Source: an uncultured delta proteobacterium (GTDB taxonomy: Bacteria; Desulfobacterota; Binatia; Binatales; Binataceae). From it: a stretch of 64,000 nucleotides of DNA. Location of the stretch: positions 128,001-192,000 of the forward strand of contig CAWEEQ010000002.1 of the NCBI GenBank assembly GCA_963808235.1. Reading direction: 5' to 3'. Each line of letters begins with the position of its first letter. Positions within the stretch are counted from its first letter, which is position 1. Shown in pieces: positions 59,143 through 64,000 of the stretch. The translations under genes and the position numbers were made by a program. The notes below the pieces were generated by a model that worked only from the letters and a program-made list of their open reading frames with translations, ran no database searches and was not told the DNA's origin.

Positions 59143-61866
59143 ATGCCGACAACGATCCGCAGGATCACAATCGGCAACAATCGGGCTTGGAGATCGATGC
59201 GTACGAATATCCGCCTGGGCTGCGCGGTCTCAATGCTCACATTCTGTGTTTTGGCTTCGTCCACAGTTCGATCCGAAAGCAATCCGGTTCCTATTCCCTC
59301 TCCCGCGGGAAGTCGTGACCAGGCGGTTGACAAGACCGAAGCAGCGCTTCGCGACGAGCTGCGCACGCTAGAAGCGCAAAATCCCAATAGTATTGAGGTC
59401 ACCAAAGATCTCGATCTCCTTGCTTGGTACTATTGGAATCACGGCCGGTTCTCCGACGCTGAACCATTGTTGATACAATCGCTAGCAATCAAGGAGAAGT
59501 CACTGTCGGCAGATGATTCTGCGATCGAGGAGAATATAGATAGGCTTGGGGAACTCTACGCCTGGGAGGGGCGATTCTCGGAAGCGGAGCGACTCCTAAA
59601 TCGCGCGCTCCAGAGCCCGGGTGAAGAAGATGTGGCGAACCCGTGGTTGGCGGGCCGCGCGCACATTTTTCTCGGCACCGTATACCTCGAGGAGGGAAAG
59701 CTGCAAGAGGCGGAAACGTTGCTCAAGCAGGGCCTCGAACTCCGGCTTAGAACCACCACACGAGGCACCGGAATCGAAATTACCTACGATCTACGAAGCT
59801 TGGCCGAATTGTATTGCGAGGAAGGGCGTTTCGCAGAAGCGGAGCCTTTGGGATCCCAAAGTATGAAGCTGAGCGAGCCCAATAGTCTCATATATGCGTA
59901 CGCGCTTGACACGCTCGCTGACGCCTATTACGGCGAGGGCCGGTATGCCGACGCAGAACGTCTATATTCCGAATCGGGTCCAATCCTCCTGCGTCAAATG
60001 GGAGACGCTCACGTCTACTACGAACAGAATTTGGGCTCGCTCGGACTTACGCTCGCGAAGGAAGGAAAAGTCCAGCCGGCGCGGGACAGCTTTCGCAAAT
60101 CATGGGCGGTCAATCTAAATACCTGGCATGCGGCGACGCAGTCGGGCAGCGAGTCTTTGCGTTTTCTCAGGAACAAAAGCGATCAATATGTCCGAGGTTA
60201 TCTGGAATTGCTGGCCGCGATCGCGCGCCATCCAGAAATGGACCCGGGCGGTGCGTCACCGGCACCCGAGGCGTTCATGGTCGCAGAACAAGCGCGCCGG
60301 GGTATCACCGATCTTGCACTGGTCAAAGCGGCGGTGCGGCTTGCAGTCGCCGACCCGGATGCCGGCGAGGCTGCCGCCGAAGTGCAGCGCCTCAGCGAGC
60401 GGCGGGCTGGGATGGCAATGCAGCTTTCGACGCAATTCGGCGCTTCGAAAGAAAATCAGCAAGACGCAGCTAAAGTTCTCGCAGAATCGCAACAGCTTGA
60501 CCATGACCTGGAGATCGCAAACCAGCGACTGATTCAAGTCTTTCCAAAATATGGCGAGTTAGCGACGCCGTTGCCTATCGACGTAGACGGCGTACAACGA
60601 GTACTGCGCGCCGACGAGGCGCTGGTCAGTTACTACACGCTCAACGACCGGCTACTGGCGTGGTGCGTGCGACCCGGTCATCCGCTGGCATATCGCGATA
60701 CCGAAGTTAAGCGCGCAGATCTGATGGCGATGGTCGCGCAGGTTCGCGAGAGCCTTCGTCCCGACAAACCGTTCGACTTCGTTGACTCATACGCGCTCTA
60801 CCAGTTGCTTATAGCTCCGTTGAAAGATGAGCTTGCCAGCACCAAGTTACTTATCATCGTACCGGACGGGGTAACTCTGCCGATTCCTTTCGCCGCGCTG
60901 GTCACTGACAATACGGGCGATGCGTTTGCGGCGTTGGCACGAGATTATAAGCAAGGTCTCGCGCCATCGCCCGCTGAGTTGAAGGACAACTATCCCCGTA
61001 TTGCCTGGTTCGCAAAGAGAAGTATGAGCATTAGTCTCCTACCTACGGCCACTTCTCTCCGACTACTCAGAAATCGGGTCGAAGCGAGCAACACCGCGAA
61101 CGCGTCATCGGCCAAGGCTTACCCCTTCGTCGGAATCGGCGATCCGTTGCTGAACGGCAAGGGCGAAGAGCGTGGTAGCTCGATGGTGGCGACGCGAGGC
61201 GCCGAAGCAATCGACGCGGTGCGGAATCTGCCGAGACTTCCCGGTTCGCGCGAGGAGCTAATGGCTGAAGCTAAGGCGCTCGATGCCAATCCTCAAGAGT
61301 CGCTCTTCATGGAAGAACGGGCGACCCGGCCGCAGGTGCTGGCGCTGAGCAAAGATCGTTTGCGCGACGCAAAGGTAATCTCGTTTGCGACACACGCGCT
61401 CATAGGTGGCGAGATAAAGGGAGTCATGGAACCGTCTCTGGTGCTCACACCACCCTCGCAGCCGAGCACAGACGATGACGGATTGCTTACGATGGACGAC
61501 GTGATGGGATTCAAGTTGGTCGCCGACGAGTGGGTAATCCTCTCTGCCTGCAACACGGCGGCTCCTGACGGAAGTGGCGAAGGACTGTCAGGCCTGACCC
61601 GCGCGTTCTTTTACGCGGGCACTCCATCGCTGCTGGTCTCGCAATGGGCCGTTGATGACGCAGCGACCGATCAGCTGATGACCGCGGTGTTCACGGCTTA
61701 CGGAAGCAGCGGCGGAGTCTCGCGCTCAACGGCGCTGCAGGGAGCGATGCTCAAGCTGATGGACATGCCGCGCACTGACCCGACACACGCCTACTTCGCC
61801 CATCCGTTCGCCTGGGCATCATTCGTCGTAGTCGGCGAAGGCGGCGGTTCTCAACCGACCAAGTGA
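59143..61866 (+). CDS. TPR-CHAT (caspase-like) protease with a predicted N-terminal signal sequence
   Basis: TPR units (GRFSDAEPL, GRFSEAE, GRFAEAE, GRYADAE), IVPDG..PFAAL, FATHA (His), LSACNT (Cys), GEGLSGLTRAFFYAG, HPFAWASF. Confidence 0.93.
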   Translation: MPTTIRRITIGNNRAWRSMRTNIRLGCAVSMLTFCVLASSTVRSESNPVPIPSPAGSRDQAVDKTEAALRDELRTLEAQNPNSIEVTKDLDLLAWYYWNHGRFSDAEPLLIQSLAIKEKSLSADDSAIEENIDRLGELYAWEGRFSEAERLLNRALQSPGEEDVANPWLAGRAHIFLGTVYLEEGKLQEAETLLKQGLELRLRTTTRGTGIEITYDLRSLAELYCEEGRFAEAEPLGSQSMKLSEPNSLIYAYALDTLADAYYGEGRYADAERLYSESGPILLRQMGDAHVYYEQNLGSLGLTLAKEGKVQPARDSFRKSWAVNLNTWHAATQSGSESLRFLRNKSDQYVRGYLELLAAIARHPEMDPGGASPAPEAFMVAEQARRGITDLALVKAAVRLAVADPDAGEAAAEVQRLSERRAGMAMQLSTQFGASKENQQDAAKVLAESQQLDHDLEIANQRLIQVFPKYGELATPLPIDVDGVQRVLRADEALVSYYTLNDRLLAWCVRPGHPLAYRDTEVKRADLMAMVAQVRESLRPDKPFDFVDSYALYQLLIAPLKDELASTKLLIIVPDGVTLPIPFAALVTDNTGDAFAALARDYKQGLAPSPAELKDNYPRIAWFAKRSMSISLLPTATSLRLLRNRVEASNTANASSAKAYPFVGIGDPLLNGKGEERGSSMVATRGAEAIDAVRNLPRLPGSREELMAEAKALDANPQESLFMEERATRPQVLALSKDRLRDAKVISFATHALIGGEIKGVMEPSLVLTPPSQPSTDDDGLLTMDDVMGFKLVADEWVILSACNTAAPDGSGEGLSGLTRAFFYAGTPSLLVSQWAVDDAATDQLMTAVFTAYGSSGGVSRSTALQGAMLKLMDMPRTDPTHAYFAHPFAWASFVVVGEGGGSQPTK

Positions 61867-61920
61867 TGCTACGGCTGACAAAGGGACAGGTAATCTTGCG
61901 AGCGCTTTAGGAGCGCGATC

Positions 61921-62514
61921 ATGCGAAGGAGCGTTCGTGAAATACTGGGCGACGGTCTAGTAGGCATTGTCGGCGCCGCGATCGGATTCGGAATTTCTCA
62001 AGGAGTCAACTTTTACAGTTTGTCAAAAACTCTTGAGACCACCAGAGACATCCAGATGGTTAATCTGGCGCGGCAACTCTCGGGCGACTTTGAAGAGAAC
62101 AAGGACTTCGAAGACTTCCGGATGGCTATCGAAAGATGCGACCCGCTGTTCAACGGTTGGCGCTGGCCAGCCGGAAACGGCCCTACAGTCTGGCGGGGAA
62201 GGTTTAACAATGATCAGGTGAACAGATATCTGAACTTTTTCGACGATATAGGATTCTACAATAAACGTGACGATCTCAACCTTGAGATCGTTCGACAGAT
62301 GTTTGGGCCATATGTTGTCGAAGCGTATGAAGAGCCGGAGATAAAGTGCTACATAGAGGGCTTACATACTCAGGCGCATCAGTCTTCGGCCTTCTCGCAT
62401 TTTGTACTATTAGCGCGTGGACTCGAAGCTGCAGAACCTGATCTGGCTGCCTTTGAGCGGAATAAGTTCGCGAAAATCTCTCACTTTGACTGCCCGCTTT
62501 CAGGGAAAAAATGA
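61921..62514 (+). CDS. Membrane-anchored hypothetical protein (DUF4760-like)
   Basis: N-terminal TM; YLNFFDDIG...LNLEIVRQMFG...FSHF pattern. Confidence 0.6.
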   Translation: MRRSVREILGDGLVGIVGAAIGFGISQGVNFYSLSKTLETTRDIQMVNLARQLSGDFEENKDFEDFRMAIERCDPLFNGWRWPAGNGPTVWRGRFNNDQVNRYLNFFDDIGFYNKRDDLNLEIVRQMFGPYVVEAYEEPEIKCYIEGLHTQAHQSSAFSHFVLLARGLEAAEPDLAAFERNKFAKISHFDCPLSGKK

Positions 62515-62553
62515 CCAACATGCAGCGGAGTAAGGGCGGTAGAGGAGAAAAAA

Positions 62554-62907
62554 GTGATCAAACAAATCGCGGTGGTGGCGGCTTCGGCGATGGTCGTGGT
62601 GACGATAGCATTCGCGGCTGGGGCACCTGCCGCATACGCTGCGCCCAAGGTTGATTGCGACACCGTCATGAATGAATTGCATAAAGGCAAGGATGCCAAC
62701 GATGTAGCAACGGCCCTGTCAATCTCAGTCTCGAGCGTCGATCAATGTAAGAGGCACGCCAAGGCCGCGGCCGACTCTGGCACAGGCGCCTCCAGCGAGA
62801 AGTCGCAGCCGCAGGCTTCGCCGGTTCTCCGAGGCGGTGAGTCAGAAGAGAGCGCGGGAGGATGTCCGCAGGAGCCTTGCCCTCCAGACGCAAGCAACCC
62901 TCGATAG
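62554..62907 (+). CDS. Secreted hypothetical protein with an HTH-like segment between two Cys
   Basis: SD GAGGAG, signal peptide AYA-A, VDC...DVATALSISVSSVDQC. Confidence 0.72.
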   Translation: MIKQIAVVAASAMVVVTIAFAAGAPAAYAAPKVDCDTVMNELHKGKDANDVATALSISVSSVDQCKRHAKAAADSGTGASSEKSQPQASPVLRGGESEESAGGCPQEPCPPDASNPR

Positions 62908-62909
62908 GC

Positions 62910-63195
62910 GGTAGGATTTCGGAAGGTTCAGCGCGATGATCTCCGATGCCGCGCGCCGAACGCTGGAAATGTCTGACAGGTCGCACAGAACCGATGCCGC
63001 ACTCTGCCCTTTTTGGTCGATGATCTTCTTAACGTCGTCGAGCCTCTGGCTTTCACGGCCGACCAGCATGACATGCCGTGTTTGGCAAGTTGCCAGGGCC
63101 GTCGCACGGCCGATCCCCGAAGTCGGGCGGGTGATGAGGTACGCTTTGCGAGTTGACGCGTTCTTAAAACCGGTCTCCGGCATATCTGTCTCCAT
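62910..63195 (-). pseudogene. Truncated SDR oxidoreductase (N-terminus only)
   Basis: YLITRPTSGIGRATA (degenerate TGxxxGxG), LVGR, CDLSDISSVRRAA, then breaks off. Confidence 0.78.
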
Positions 63196-63234
63196 TTTTG
63201 TCTGTCTAGTCAGTCTTTCCTTGGCCAAAAAAAT

Positions 63235-63500
63235 TTAGGCGACGATTCGCCAGAGGGCCTCGAACGCACTCGCGCCATGTTTGCCTCGTTGACTGGGTCG
63301 CGGATCACGAAGTCGATCGTTGCTTTCGCCAGCCCGTTCATCAAAGGCTGCGACGAACCCCAGCGGAGTGTCGCGCATTGGCCCATTTTCACGGCTCCGC
63401 TCCAGTAGCTTTGCGACGCCAGCCATCGCCCGGCTCGCATTCCGATGGCTCTCCAAGCCGATCCTAGCGATACCGTCAAGATCTTCCCTGGAGAAAAAGT
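63235..63500 (-). pseudogene. Frameshifted C-terminal remnant of a TetR-like regulator
   Basis: PLGFVAA / LMNGLAKATIDFVIRDP / AFEALWRIVA pieces lie in different frames upstream of the SDR. Confidence 0.55.
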
Positions 63501-63600
63501 CGCGAAGAGCTGGCGATGATTATCTCTGCGGCACAGCTGCTTTAATCTTCGGCGAATTTGTCGCCAAATCCGCGGACAATTTTGCGATGAAAAGGCGAAC

Positions 63601-63824
63601 TAGGGGCCGGCGGTTCAAATCCGCTTTGCTCCACCATTCAGTCTCTCGATTTTCGGACATCGCGGTAATCGGCGCGTGTGCGCGCGATTTGCGCACATGT
63701 GCGGACCCGGAGAATCTCTCTTGTCGCGCAGAATTGGCCGAATCTGGCGAAACCTATCGCGGCGCGATTTGGCTAGGTCCGCGGATCATCGCCATGGATT
63801 TGCCTCTTCTTTTTTCAGCGCTCC
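63601..63824 (+). repeat. ~230-bp direct repeat, copy 2, headed by a T-arm and TGCTCCACCA
   Basis: GGCGG-TTCAAAT-CCGCT-TTGCTCCACCA, then the body shared with 58135-58367. Confidence 0.92.
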
Positions 63825-63852
63825 TCCTGGGGTGACAGCAGAATCCTGGCTG

Positions 63853-63999
63853 CTATGGGCGGACTTCATAGTAGGCGTTGATCGGGTTATCGAAGTCCTT
63901 GGTTGCGAAGCGCGTGAATCCGGCCTCCGCCGTCATCTTGCGGGCGACCGGTTCGGGAAATCCGAGCGTGCCCAATCCCAAGCCGTCGGGCTCAGAAAG
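63853..63999 (-). CDS. C-terminus of a probable SAM-dependent methyltransferase (partial)
   Basis: LSEPDGLGLGTLGFPEPVARKMTAEAGFTRF..DFDNPINAYYEVRP*. Confidence 0.7.
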   Translation of the reverse strand, partial: LSEPDGLGLGTLGFPEPVARKMTAEAGFTRFATKDFDNPINAYYEVRP

Positions 64000-64000
64000 A

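Larger units (their letters stand above)
55678..64000. mobile_element. Composite genomic island extending beyond the window
   Basis: tRNA fragments, arm-type repeats, AbiE, gene remnants and visibly AT-richer cargo; no integrase inside the window. Confidence 0.75.

Noticed and set aside
63320-63835. ORFs overlapping the 230-bp repeats (also 58073-58315)
   Set aside because: The two copies differ by indels and do not preserve a shared long reading frame, so the repeat is treated as non-coding.

Overview
This is a GC-rich bacterial chromosome segment; gene content and style suggest a Deltaproteobacteria-like soil lineage such as Candidatus Binatota, which is an inference. From 1 to about 55,650 it is mostly core and metabolic: dprA (partial), a MarR/hemerythrin/ferritin-like cluster, pyrF, an AlkA-family glycosylase, a peptide ABC transporter, proS, trpS, nfo, nadK, recN, tRNA-Ala(GGC), an RcnR-like repressor with a P1B-ATPase, a hybrid kinase, ALDH, msrA, an L,D-transpeptidase, a single-chain carboxylase, ppk1, argE-like, prs, a metal-uptake operon, an OPT and a NiCoT. 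From 55,678 to the window end lies an accessory island starting at a tRNA-Val 3' fragment. It carries AbiE toxin-antitoxin genes, a 5'-truncated tRNA-Leu, integrase arm-type repeats and two ~230-bp direct repeats headed by tRNA-like 3' ends, which bracket a cassette with a secreted TPR-CHAT protease. The ORF track misses or misreads several things: a probable selenocysteine rhodanese (in-frame UGA plus hairpin), a CxxC/RAPP leader peptide upstream of the metal operon, a duplicated promoter-plus-start module shared by two unrelated genes, a His-to-Leu kinase, a frameshifted GST and a small ATT-initiated zinc-finger ORF. No CRISPR array, rRNA or integrase/transposase gene was seen. All family calls are by eye; no searches were run.
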